Shown here: positions 17,289 through 25,634 of the stretch, one piece after another
Position numbering within the stretch: position 1 is the first letter of the stretch
Layout: every line of letters starts with the position of its first letter
IMG/VR virus record: IMGVR_UViG_3300045988_073455
DNA length: 64,000 nt
Reading direction: 5' to 3' (one strand)
Source: a virus
The notes under the pieces: generated by a model
Told to the model about the DNA's origin: nothing
Database searches by the model: none
Seen by the model: the letters and a program-made list of their open reading frames with translations, nothing else
Translations under genes and position numbers: made by a program

Positions 17289-17611
17289 AAGAATTTAAAG
17301 ATTTGGTAGCTGGTGATGATGTACTAGTTACAGGTAGGTCTTACAGACGTATCGTCAAAATTGATAAAGTGACAAAGACTCAAATTATTGTTAATAACGC
17401 TAGATTCAGAAGAGATTCTGGCTGGCAATGCGGTAGTGATAGATGGAATGTTAGAAGAATATCTGTTCCTACAGAAAAGGAAATATCAGATGTTAAAGAA
17501 GAGAATCTTCGTAAGACTCTCGTCTACGCTATCAGTTCTTTTGATTTCAAACGCTTATCAACAGATGAGTTAAAACAAGTGTACAATATTGTAAAAGGCA
17601 AAGAAAAATGA
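17285..17611 (+). CDS. hypothetical protein
   Basis: 108-aa ORF with ATGA overlap to the upstream gene. Confidence 0.6.
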   Translation: MKEFKDLVAGDDVLVTGRSYRRIVKIDKVTKTQIIVNNARFRRDSGWQCGSDRWNVRRISVPTEKEISDVKEENLRKTLVYAISSFDFKRLSTDELKQVYNIVKGKEK

Positions 17612-17769
17612 AAAAGAATAAATACTCATTAAAGATAAGTCGTAGCTTCTTTGGCGATACTACCCTTGATGGTTATCCAATAGCTACATATTCGAATGAT
17701 GAATTGAAGATTCTAAAGAACCTGCTAAAACAGGTTTTGGGTGAAGTAAATGAATATATAAAAGACTAA
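17608..17769 (+). CDS. small hypothetical protein (53 aa, not in the track)
   Basis: ATGA overlap with the upstream stop. Open to TAA at 17767. Confidence 0.4.
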   Translation: MKKNKYSLKISRSFFGDTTLDGYPIATYSNDELKILKNLLKQVLGEVNEYIKD

Positions 17770-17773
17770 GCGT

Positions 17774-17953
17774 ATGAAAGAGTTTAAAGTTGGAGAAAGA
17801 GTAGTCTTGGAGATTACTGAAACCGAGGAAGAAACTTGCTATGGTTGTTTCTTTTTTGGCAATAGTGCTTGTGAAGTTTGGAGGAAATACCCATGCGATT
17901 CTAAACTACGTAAGGATAATAAGAATGTAATCTTTGAAGAGGTTAAGGAGTAA
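17774..17953 (+). CDS. small Cys-rich hypothetical protein (59 aa, not in the track)
   Basis: TAAGCGTATGAAA start context. Open to TAA at 17951. Confidence 0.45.
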   Translation: MKEFKVGERVVLEITETEEETCYGCFFFGNSACEVWRKYPCDSKLRKDNKNVIFEEVKE

Positions 17954-17958
17954 AGCGT

Positions 17959-18132
17959 ATGAAACAGAAGTTGAAAATGATATGGCGAATCCTCCGTGAC
18001 AGACAGGTTGTAGTAATAACCGAAAGTTACGGAAGACTATATTGTAATTGGGATGCAAGAAGTCTTGAAGATGTTTGCCAAATGTGTTGTGAGACATTTG
18101 ATAAAGCTAAAGAAATGTTGGATAAAAAGTAA
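17959..18132 (+). CDS. small hypothetical protein (57 aa, not in the track)
   Basis: TAAAGCGTATGAAA start context. It fills the gap before 18139 better than track ORF 18053..18250. Confidence 0.45.
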   Translation: MKQKLKMIWRILRDRQVVVITESYGRLYCNWDARSLEDVCQMCCETFDKAKEMLDKK

Positions 18133-18138
18133 AGAGAT

Positions 18139-18681
18139 ATGTTGTACGAAGCAAAAAAGGGAAGTAAGGCTTACGAATACATTAAAGGTATTCTCGAAGC
18201 TGAAGAAAAAGAGCGTCAAGCCTACACGAAAAGAGTGGAAGAAGCCGTAGGCTTCGAGTTTGAAAAATATCAGGGCTATCAGCCTAACAGAACTCTCTCA
18301 AGAGAGTACGAGGTTACTGCTATATGGGTTCTTTCTGAGCGTTACGATACGCTAGATAAGAAGGTGTGGAAGAAGATAGACGGTGTAAAATTGGAGGACG
18401 GTTACTATGTATGCATTGCGCCTAACAAGCGTAGTAAGCAAGGTAAGGCAATAGCAGCAGTACTTACATCATATAAATCCTTTACTCATCATTTCAAGAT
18501 ATTGAAGGAACTGAATATCGAAGTTCCGCACGTCAGCCGATTCTCCATCACCCAGCTTTTACGTCACAAAGAACGCATTTTCGTTTACTTCGATGATAGT
18601 ATTAGAGCTGAGAAGCAAAATCCAGACTTCGTGGAAATCACGATAGGTGAGTATGAGGATTTCATTAATGGTAAAGACTAA
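18139..18681 (+). CDS. hypothetical protein
   Basis: 180-aa ORF. Confidence 0.65.
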   Translation: MLYEAKKGSKAYEYIKGILEAEEKERQAYTKRVEEAVGFEFEKYQGYQPNRTLSREYEVTAIWVLSERYDTLDKKVWKKIDGVKLEDGYYVCIAPNKRSKQGKAIAAVLTSYKSFTHHFKILKELNIEVPHVSRFSITQLLRHKERIFVYFDDSIRAEKQNPDFVEITIGEYEDFINGKD

Positions 18682-18685
18682 GCGT

Positions 18686-19096
18686 ATGGATAAGTTAGAA
18701 TATATTCCAGGAGATTTTGTGACAATAGAAACAGAATCAACGAAACCAAGAGTAGTAAAAGTTTCAGATGTTGATAAGAATAGTGTTATCTATTGTGAAG
18801 GTTGGGGAAATGTCGGTTACTATGACGAGATAAAACCTATTCCTTTAACAAAGGATATACTTCTTAGAAACGGATGGAAAGTTAGCAGAGATTCGTTGTT
18901 GCTAAAAATTGATGATAATGTTACATTGGGGGTTGTCTTTGCATTTGAACATAAAGTTTGTTATATCAGAGCAACGAATGACATTATTCACAAAGAGCAA
19001 AATTTTACTAGGTTGAAGCTTTCTGATGTTGATTTTGTTTCTGATTTACAGCACATTCTTTTCGGCTTGAACATTAATCACGAAATGGAGGTGTAG
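18686..19096 (+). CDS. hypothetical protein
   Basis: ATG lies within TAAGCGTATGGA, directly after the upstream stop. Confidence 0.55.
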   Translation: MDKLEYIPGDFVTIETESTKPRVVKVSDVDKNSVIYCEGWGNVGYYDEIKPIPLTKDILLRNGWKVSRDSLLLKIDDNVTLGVVFAFEHKVCYIRATNDIIHKEQNFTRLKLSDVDFVSDLQHILFGLNINHEMEV

Positions 19097-19098
19097 GT

Positions 19099-19293
19099 AT
19101 GAAAAGAATAATAGCAATTATAAAGTTTCCTATATACGCAATGGTTGTATTATTGTTTATTCTATCAATACTGACAGCAAAAGGTATATTGTGTATCGTA
19201 AGATTAAAGCCTTCTGATTTCGATAATCTTCCTAAGTTCTTGCAAGACAAAGCAAGGAAGCTGTCAAATGTGGTTGAAAATTTAATGAATTGA
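19099..19293 (+). CDS. small membrane protein
   Basis: Hydrophobic segment FPIYAMVVLLFILSILTAKGILCIV. Confidence 0.5.
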   Translation: MKRIIAIIKFPIYAMVVLLFILSILTAKGILCIVRLKPSDFDNLPKFLQDKARKLSNVVENLMN

Positions 19294-19327
19294 TTGTTTA
19301 ACGCCTTCTGGCATAAATAGTAGTAAT

Positions 19328-19483
19328 ATGACATCAGAACAAGTAGCAAAAGTATTGAGTTCTCTAGGTAAACGAAAGGTATGCTTTCAGCATGGAGACA
19401 AAGTAGAGATAGTTAAGGGAATCAACGTAACAAATGATAACGTGATTCTGATTAGTGAACTTCCTTCGAGCACAAATAGTTAG
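19328..19483 (+). CDS. small hypothetical protein (51 aa, not in the track)
   Basis: AAATAGTAGTAATATGA start context, shared with 19487 and 19661. Confidence 0.35.
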   Translation: MTSEQVAKVLSSLGKRKVCFQHGDKVEIVKGINVTNDNVILISELPSSTNS

Positions 19484-19486
19484 AAT

Positions 19487-19630
19487 ATGAAACATATTAA
19501 GTTTACAATAGATATAACATTGTCTCCTGATAAAGAGTTCCTTACGAAGGAAGACTTTGTGGAGGCAGTATATACATGTTATGGAAACATTAGAGATGTT
19601 GCTCCTGATACAATAATAAAGATTGATTAA
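19487..19630 (+). CDS. small hypothetical protein (47 aa, not in the track)
   Basis: AAATAGTTAGAATATGA start context. Confidence 0.35.
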   Translation: MKHIKFTIDITLSPDKEFLTKEDFVEAVYTCYGNIRDVAPDTIIKID

Positions 19631-19660
19631 CCATCCGCAAGGATATAAATAGATAGTAAT

Positions 19661-19876
19661 ATGAATACAGAAAAATTAGAAAGAGCAAATATCTTAGCAA
19701 AGAGTTTAATTCCTAAAGTAAATGAACTCTTAAATATATCTCCAAAATCAATGCGTAGTAGTCTTGCTGATGCTATTTGTTGGCTTTCAGAGTGTGATGA
19801 AGAGTTTAAAACAAAATTCAAGCAGCTTCTGAATGAAACAAAACAGAGATTTCAGAAAGAGTTTGATGATTTGTAA
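19661..19876 (+). CDS. hypothetical protein
   Basis: 71-aa ORF with AAATAGATAGTAATATGA start context. Confidence 0.5.
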   Translation: MNTEKLERANILAKSLIPKVNELLNISPKSMRSSLADAICWLSECDEEFKTKFKQLLNETKQRFQKEFDDL

Positions 19877-20124
19877 CTAACCACCCTCTCCTTGGTGAAA
19901 TTAAGATAATAACGAAAAAGCCGTGCTCGAATTAGATTGGTTGGCATTAGGTGTAGCCGTAAAATATCAATTACCGCTTGACAATTCACCTCAGAGCACT
20001 CTTATGTGGAAAAGGCATCAAGCATTTAGTACACATCGAAGAACGTTAATGAGTGAAAGGCTCATAAAGACTCCAATCCGTTATTATTTTGATAACATCA
20101 TGGAGAGGGTAAAAAGATTAGAAT

Positions 20125-20448
20125 ATGGCAGAGATTATTTATTTTGGAACGAATGGATGTTCCTGTTATTGTCCTATCGGCATCGACAAAGTGCTGACCT
20201 CGGCAGAATATGGAATGTGGTGCGAATGCGATAATGAAACTTGGATAAATAATATCCGAAAGAATCCTGGTCGCCATCTCATCAAGCATCACGGAGAGGT
20301 TTATACTAATTATGGTGTTCCGTTCTCTGTAGATGTTGACAGAGGTGGTAGTCATACCGAACTATTTTGGAAAGGCATTCATTCGGAAGAAGAAATTGTC
20401 AACTTGATAAAGAATAATCAGTTTTTGGCAAGGCAATTTAAAAAGTAG
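20125..20448 (+). CDS. hypothetical protein
   Basis: 107-aa ORF. Confidence 0.5.
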   Translation: MAEIIYFGTNGCSCYCPIGIDKVLTSAEYGMWCECDNETWINNIRKNPGRHLIKHHGEVYTNYGVPFSVDVDRGGSHTELFWKGIHSEEEIVNLIKNNQFLARQFKK

Positions 20449-20647
20449 GAGGAATAGTCATAAGTGATAGTTATATATATTATGGAAGTGATGGCTCGTA
20501 TCATATAATACGCCCGATAGGAGAAGGATTTGATATAGAGACAGCTTTCTTAATAGCCTTGGTGATTGTTGCTATATACGTCATGTTTCATTATTCCCCA
20601 AAGGAAGTTTGGAATAAAATAAAGTCGTATTTTAAAGAATTATAGTT

Positions 20648-20749
20648 ATGGTTGGATTTTATGTTATTCTTACCATAGCTATTCTATATATAGCTTTTGT
20701 GGGCGGAGTTATCGGTTATTTAATTGGTAAATATTGGAAAAAGAAATAG
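20648..20749 (+). CDS. 33-aa single-pass membrane peptide (not in the track)
   Basis: MVGFYVILTIAILYIAFVGGVIGYLIGKYWKKK. Its stop is part of the TAGCGTATG junction. Confidence 0.35.
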   Translation: MVGFYVILTIAILYIAFVGGVIGYLIGKYWKKK

Positions 20750-20752
20750 CGT

Positions 20753-21118
20753 ATGAATATAAAAGACATCAAGTTCAAGGGTAAACGTCTTGACAATAAC
20801 ACTTGGGTAGAAGGTTACTTCTATGCTGAATGTGGTAACACTTACATCATCGAGGATAGGCAGAGTGAATCAATGCTTAATAGAAACGAGGCACATCGGG
20901 TTAACCCTTCAACAGTCTGTATGTTCACAGGACTGACAGACAAGAATGGAACACCTATCTATGAGGGGGATATAGTTATGTACAAAGATAACAATGCGGA
21001 AAGAAGAGGTGATATTAATTGGGATAGTAAATCTACTGCTTTCTGCTTTGGGCAAGATTTCTTAGTTCACTACCCTTCTGAAGATATGGTAGTTGTCGGC
21101 AACAAATTCGATAAGTAG
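20753..21118 (+). CDS. YopX-family protein
   Basis: NPSTVCMFTGLTDKNGTPIYEGDIV matches the YopX signature. Confidence 0.7.
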   Translation: MNIKDIKFKGKRLDNNTWVEGYFYAECGNTYIIEDRQSESMLNRNEAHRVNPSTVCMFTGLTDKNGTPIYEGDIVMYKDNNAERRGDINWDSKSTAFCFGQDFLVHYPSEDMVVVGNKFDK

Positions 21119-21121
21119 CGT

Positions 21122-21355
21122 ATGAAGAATAAGATATTAGACTTTATCAAATCAGCCGTTTGGCTCTTTTTGATTTTCATAATAGGGGTATTTGGTTTTA
21201 GGGTTTCTTTCAGCTTAGGAACTCCACACAAAAAAGAAGAGTTTAATATAAAAATATTCACCAAGAAAGGACATGAATACCTGTTTGTGGGCAAGGAACA
21301 TGGAGCTTGCGTTATTATTCACGCTAGTAGTTGTCCTTGTAATAAAAAGAAGTAG
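21122..21355 (+). CDS. small membrane protein
   Basis: Hydrophobic segment AVWLFLIFIIGVFGF. TAGCGTATG junction. Confidence 0.5.
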   Translation: MKNKILDFIKSAVWLFLIFIIGVFGFRVSFSLGTPHKKEEFNIKIFTKKGHEYLFVGKEHGACVIIHASSCPCNKKK

Positions 21356-21358
21356 CTT

Positions 21359-21730
21359 ATGAAAGTAAAGAATTTACCAAAGAAGATTTACCTCAACATC
21401 TGTAGCAACGAAGATGTGGTAGATTACAATAAGCTGAACGGAGTAACGTTCAGCTCAGAAAAGGTTGGTGTTACCGATTGTGATACGGAAAACGTTCCTT
21501 ACGTGAATGCTGCATCATTATGGCGCGACCTAAAAGAAGATAAGCCACCATTAAGAAAGTGGGTGATGTTCCGATATAGTGGAGGTGGCGTAAATCCTAC
21601 GGCTCTTCACTACGGAGCAATGAGTGATGATGTATGGATTGTCACAAGAGGAGACGGAACACAGCGTATTGAAGTTCTGTACGAGTGCTACGATAAAATA
21701 GAGTGGCTTGATTTTGATGAACTAAAATAG
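21359..21730 (+). CDS. hypothetical protein
   Basis: 123-aa ORF with a TAGCTTATG junction. Confidence 0.6.
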   Translation: MKVKNLPKKIYLNICSNEDVVDYNKLNGVTFSSEKVGVTDCDTENVPYVNAASLWRDLKEDKPPLRKWVMFRYSGGGVNPTALHYGAMSDDVWIVTRGDGTQRIEVLYECYDKIEWLDFDELK

Positions 21731-21739
21731 TAATAGCGT

Positions 21740-22060
21740 ATGAAGGTTAGATTAGCTAAGAAGATTATGAAACGTTGCTACGGAAGTCCTCACTATTTAA
21801 GGATGGTATTGGATGGTTTAGATGTATCGAAAAAGCAGCCTAAGATTAAGCAATACTGGGAGCCTAGATGGGCTTCGTATTATGCTAGCAAAGGTGGTGG
21901 TTATGGCAGAGCTGACCATCGTATCGTAAAGGCTGAAAAGATTACTGCAAGATATTCTCGTAAGCTAATGAATTGCCTTACTAGATGGGCTGGCAAAACT
22001 CCTTTCGAGGTTAGAGATACATTAAGTAGTGCAAATAAACTAAAAAGATATGACTTATGA
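21740..22060 (+). CDS. hypothetical protein
   Basis: 106-aa ORF with a TAGCGTATG context. Confidence 0.55.
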   Translation: MKVRLAKKIMKRCYGSPHYLRMVLDGLDVSKKQPKIKQYWEPRWASYYASKGGGYGRADHRIVKAEKITARYSRKLMNCLTRWAGKTPFEVRDTLSSANKLKRYDL

Positions 22061-22326
22061 TAAGAGAAAGATATTATTACGCAGTAGCCGCCTTCATGCG
22101 TAAGGATGGCAAATTAACCTATACCTCAGTTACGAGCTCTGTTAAAGGTGAAGAGAAGGATATAGTTTTCTATCCTCTCATGAACCTCATCACGGACGTA
22201 GAAGAGAAATTCAAGGATGATATGGTTAGCGGTACAACTCTCATACATAGCGTTATTGAGATTAGTAAAGAGGACTATGATGCCTACAATGATCGTATTG
22301 CTAAAATTAACGAGAAGGAGGGTTAG
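22057..22326 (+). CDS. hypothetical protein
   Basis: 89-aa ORF with ATGA overlap. Confidence 0.55.
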   Translation: MIRERYYYAVAAFMRKDGKLTYTSVTSSVKGEEKDIVFYPLMNLITDVEEKFKDDMVSGTTLIHSVIEISKEDYDAYNDRIAKINEKEG

Positions 22327-22329
22327 CAC

Positions 22330-22701
22330 ATGACTTTTTTGAATATTACTATAGGTGAGAAGGAGTTTGATGAAATCAAAGAAGGCAAGGTAGGACTAGT
22401 ATGTTTACCTTGCACTCCACGTTGGTGTCATACCATTGTCGAAGGTGTAAAGAGGGAAGAAAGATTAGACCGATTAACGATCAGAATAGATAGTAACGGC
22501 AAACCTCATATTCGGTATGGTTACTCTCTTGAACATTACTTTAAGAAAGTTGATTATGTTCAGCTTTCCTGTAAGGTTGGTTCTCAAATAAGAGTTCTCG
22601 TTAAGGATTGCGCAGGTTTCAGTATTGAGACTACTCAAACGAAAAAGGATAATGCCTTTATCGAGTTTAAGCCAAAAAACTTTGTTGTTCATCTAAAATG
22701 A
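22330..22701 (+). CDS. hypothetical protein (possibly ASCH-like)
   Basis: The N-terminal ITIGEKEFDEIKEGK resembles the ASCH beta-barrel start. Confidence 0.45.
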   Translation: MTFLNITIGEKEFDEIKEGKVGLVCLPCTPRWCHTIVEGVKREERLDRLTIRIDSNGKPHIRYGYSLEHYFKKVDYVQLSCKVGSQIRVLVKDCAGFSIETTQTKKDNAFIEFKPKNFVVHLK

Positions 22702-22714
22702 TTAAGATTAGCTT

Positions 22715-23155
22715 ATGGAAAGATTAACTAAAGTAATGGATAAGTATTTATCAGAAGCAAAGAAGAAGGTTCTTACCCTCGCAGTCAGCAAGGAATGGTT
22801 CGATATGATAGTGTCGGGCGAAAAGAATGAAGAGTATCGGGTAATTAAAGATTTTTGGATGAGTCGCCTTCTCCTTGTCAAGGATGAGAAATTCAAAGAT
22901 TTCGATAAGTACGATAAACTTCATATCGGTAAGACATTTGAGATGCTTATAGACATCAATACTATCAAGGAGAAACTGAATAATGGTACAATGAAGTTCG
23001 TACCATTCACTCACGTTCTCTTCAAGAACGGCTACTATGACGATAGCCCAAAGGTAGAAAAGGAGATTGAGAGTATCACCATCGGCAAGCCGAAGAAAGG
23101 TCTTTGCCCAGGCAAGTGGTTGGATCATGAATTTTTCATCATCAAGTTCAAGTAA
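22715..23155 (+). CDS. ASCH-domain-like protein
   Basis: LTLAVSKEWFDMIVSGEKNEEYRVIKDFW matches the ASCH N-terminal pattern. Confidence 0.55.
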   Translation: MERLTKVMDKYLSEAKKKVLTLAVSKEWFDMIVSGEKNEEYRVIKDFWMSRLLLVKDEKFKDFDKYDKLHIGKTFEMLIDINTIKEKLNNGTMKFVPFTHVLFKNGYYDDSPKVEKEIESITIGKPKKGLCPGKWLDHEFFIIKFK

Positions 23156-23156
23156 T

Positions 23157-23288
23157 ATGGATAAGACAACAGAACTATCATATAATCACCTCATTTCGCA
23201 ACTCAGAAAAGAAAACGCTGATTTGAGGAATGAGGTGCGAGAATTAAGGAAGTTGCTAACAAGAAAAGGTGGTAAACCACCTAATTAA
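23157..23288 (+). CDS. small coiled-coil protein (43 aa)
   Basis: An internal ATG of track ORF 23067..23288, placed immediately after the upstream stop. Confidence 0.4.
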   Translation: MDKTTELSYNHLISQLRKENADLRNEVRELRKLLTRKGGKPPN

Positions 23289-23546
23289 CACTCCGTAACA
23301 CCATGTTAAAAGCAGTTTTTGCGCTTTTCTTGTCAAATTAGCTTCCTGTAGTTTCCTGTAACATTAGTTAAGTTAACGAAACGGCAAAAATCACACATAA
23401 GCCTTTCTAAGCTGTCTATTTTTCTTCTCCATATCCTTATATCATTTTTCAGAAAAAGCCCTATATAGAGGGAAATAGGTTTTATTTAACACACTAGCAA
23501 TCAATAAGTTATATAAAGTTAAGCAAGAAAAATAATGAGGTTAAAA

Positions 23547-23578
23547 TTTGGTCAAATGCTAAAAAATGACTACCTTTG
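23547..23578 (+). promoter_or_regulatory. Bacteroidota-type promoter (TTTG-N20-TACCTTTG) with a conserved leader
   Basis: TTTG at 23547-23550 and TACCTTTG at 23571-23578. The leader CTATCAAAAATAAATAATAACAATTAAAAGATAAGAGCAATG is shared with 30667, 34150 and 43778. Confidence 0.6.
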
Positions 23579-23619
23579 CACTATCAAAAATAAATAATAA
23601 CAATTAAAAGATAAGAGCA

Positions 23620-23886
23620 ATGAAACAGACAATAAACGTATCAAACAAAGCTGAGGTTGTAGCAGTAGTTACAAGTGATTTTGATGGAGGTTATAACTAT
23701 TTCGAAGGTGACATTCGTAAGGGTAATCTTAGAGCTCATGTAATTAACTACTTCCAAGGTAACAAGTTGAGAATCCAGATTACCTATTGGGAGGATGGCA
23801 AAAGTGTGGCAGTTGAAACCGCTTCAACATGTTCAACAGCAAAGGGAATTGTTAGTAAGGTTTCTAAATTCTTAGATATTAAGTAA
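23620..23886 (+). CDS. hypothetical protein
   Basis: 88-aa ORF with the ATAAGAGCAATGAAAC start. Confidence 0.55.
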   Translation: MKQTINVSNKAEVVAVVTSDFDGGYNYFEGDIRKGNLRAHVINYFQGNKLRIQITYWEDGKSVAVETASTCSTAKGIVSKVSKFLDIK

Positions 23887-23937
23887 ATAAAAAGGTAACG
23901 GCTGGTCCAACCAACTAGTCACAATAAGAGCAATGAA

Positions 23938-24204
23938 ATGTTAGACAGAACAAACATTCACTTTAAGAAAGCAGTTAATGCTGTATTGGTAAAGGTTAGC
24001 AGAATACATAACAATACCATATCAGTAAGTATTAACCAAAGATTCATCGACATCACTTTGTTGGATAATAATTCTGGTATTTTTTATTCAGACATGATAA
24101 GCCATTTTTTAAGCAAGGATGAAATCCTTCAGAAGTTAGATAACTTCAATAAAATGTATCACGCATGGGTGCAACTTCAAAAGAAAGGAGGTCGCCATGA
24201 GTAA
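23938..24204 (+). CDS. hypothetical protein
   Basis: 88-aa ORF. The motif ATG at 23933 is out of frame and opens only a 3-codon ORF. Confidence 0.45.
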   Translation: MLDRTNIHFKKAVNAVLVKVSRIHNNTISVSINQRFIDITLLDNNSGIFYSDMISHFLSKDEILQKLDNFNKMYHAWVQLQKKGGRHE

Positions 24205-24415
24205 GGAGTACATTGGAACAGATTGCTATAATCGCAAGATGGAGCTTTACCATATCGGCAATGAAGTTTATTGTGACCACATCAAAAACGGAGTTGTCGT
24301 CAAGACAAACAGCATCACTGTAGATAACCGCATTCTTGGATTGTTTGGCAGTCCTCATACAAGCGGAGCATATATCTACGATGAGATAGCAAGAATGTAT
24401 GGCAAGAAGTTATAA
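24197..24415 (+). CDS. hypothetical protein
   Basis: 72-aa ORF. Confidence 0.5.
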   Translation: MSKEYIGTDCYNRKMELYHIGNEVYCDHIKNGVVVKTNSITVDNRILGLFGSPHTSGAYIYDEIARMYGKKL

Positions 24416-24440
24416 TAACTGCATATAAAAAGTAAGAGCA

Positions 24441-25460
24441 ATGAAGACAGACAACGTTTTAGAGCATTTCGCTGAAATGATGATTTCACGAATGCAAAAG
24501 ATGAAGGCAGGAGATTGGAAGATGGGTTGGTTCACCACATCTTATGGTGGTAACCCAGTGAACCTTGGAGGGCGTGAATATAATGGAATGAACTCATTCT
24601 TCCTGTTCCTCTGCATGATGGACGAAGAAAGATTCAAATATCCTATCTTTGCTACCTTCAATCAGATAAAGGCATTAGGAGCTAGTGTGAACAAAGGAGA
24701 GAAAAGCTTCCCTGTTCTGTTTTGGTCCATTCAGTACAAAGACAAGAATGGAAACAAAATAACAGAAGACAGCTACAATGGAATGACTCGATCAGCCCAA
24801 CTAGACTGCAAAGTCCAGCCTTTCTTGAAGAGCTACAACGTGTTCAATCTCAGCCAAACCAACCTCGAAGAGATAGCACCTAAGACGATGCAGAAGTTGA
24901 AGGAGAAGTTCAGTCTCAAAGATAAGGATGAGTTGCCGACAGACACGGCTGGTATGTACGTCAACGAGAAAATTGATGATATGCTTCTTTATCAGAAGTG
25001 GCTCTGCCCTATCCGCTACGACAAGTATTCAAGTGGAGCTTTTTACAGATTTGGGGTAGATGATATTACAACACCACTTAAAAGTCAGTTCAAGAAGGGC
25101 AATACAGAGCAGGAGATATTCGAGGATGGACAGGAGTACTACTCAACCCTTCTACATGAAATGGTTCACTCAACAGGGCATAAGTCTAGATTGAATAGAG
25201 GGTTTGAGAATGAGAAAGGAGAAAAGGACTATGCAAGAGAAGAGTTGGTTGCAGAGCTTGGAGCAGCTCTTATCGGAAACGTCCTAGGCTTTAGCAGTCG
25301 CATTTTAGATAATAACGCTGCTTACCTAGATGGTTGGATCAGCAAGCTTAAAAAGCAACCAAAGTTCATCGTTTCTGTTTTGACAGACGTAAACAAGGCA
25401 GCTAAAATGGTATTAGAAATCGTGAACAAAGAAAAGGCACAATTACTAATGCCTGCATAA
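24441..25460 (+). CDS. ardC: ArdC-like antirestriction protein (N-terminal ssDNA-binding domain plus zincin metallopeptidase)
   Basis: NGMNSFFL and FATFNQIKALGASVNKGEKSFPVLFW match the ArdC-N/DUF1738 pattern. HEMVHSTGH (HExxH) and YAREELVAELGAAL are also present. Confidence 0.85.
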   Translation: MKTDNVLEHFAEMMISRMQKMKAGDWKMGWFTTSYGGNPVNLGGREYNGMNSFFLFLCMMDEERFKYPIFATFNQIKALGASVNKGEKSFPVLFWSIQYKDKNGNKITEDSYNGMTRSAQLDCKVQPFLKSYNVFNLSQTNLEEIAPKTMQKLKEKFSLKDKDELPTDTAGMYVNEKIDDMLLYQKWLCPIRYDKYSSGAFYRFGVDDITTPLKSQFKKGNTEQEIFEDGQEYYSTLLHEMVHSTGHKSRLNRGFENEKGEKDYAREELVAELGAALIGNVLGFSSRILDNNAAYLDGWISKLKKQPKFIVSVLTDVNKAAKMVLEIVNKEKAQLLMPA

Positions 25461-25482
25461 GATATTTTATTGCTCTATCTAA

Positions 25483-25518
25483 GGCGGTATAAGCGGATTT
25501 GCTTGTATCGCCTTTATT
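25483..25518 (+). terminator. terminator hairpin after ardC
   Basis: GGCGGTATA (25483-25491) pairs with TGTATCGCC (25504-25512), followed by TTTATT. Confidence 0.5.
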
Positions 25519-25585
25519 CATTATCATCAAAAACATAAAAAGCTCTATAAGCGAAAATAAATATGCAATTTCTTAGTTAAACCTA

Positions 25586-25615
25586 TTTGTTGATTAAATA
25601 TTTTTAGTATCTTTG
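25586..25615 (+). promoter_or_regulatory. promoter (TTTG-N18-TATCTTTG) of the CTATTTGTTGATTAAATA family
   Basis: Shares CTATTTGTTGATTAAATA with 34852 and 46050. Confidence 0.55.
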
Positions 25616-25634
25616 CACCAAAAGTAGTAAAGAT

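Noticed and set aside
20451-20645. Coding-looking frame (…SYHIIRPIGEGFDIETAFLIALVIVAIYVMFHYSPKEVWNKIKSYFKEL) between 20448 and 20648.
   Set aside because: It has no ATG, GTG or TTG start in frame until near its end. It may be a membrane-peptide gene with a non-canonical start, or it may be reached by frameshift from 20125..20448. I could not support a start, so it is not annotated.
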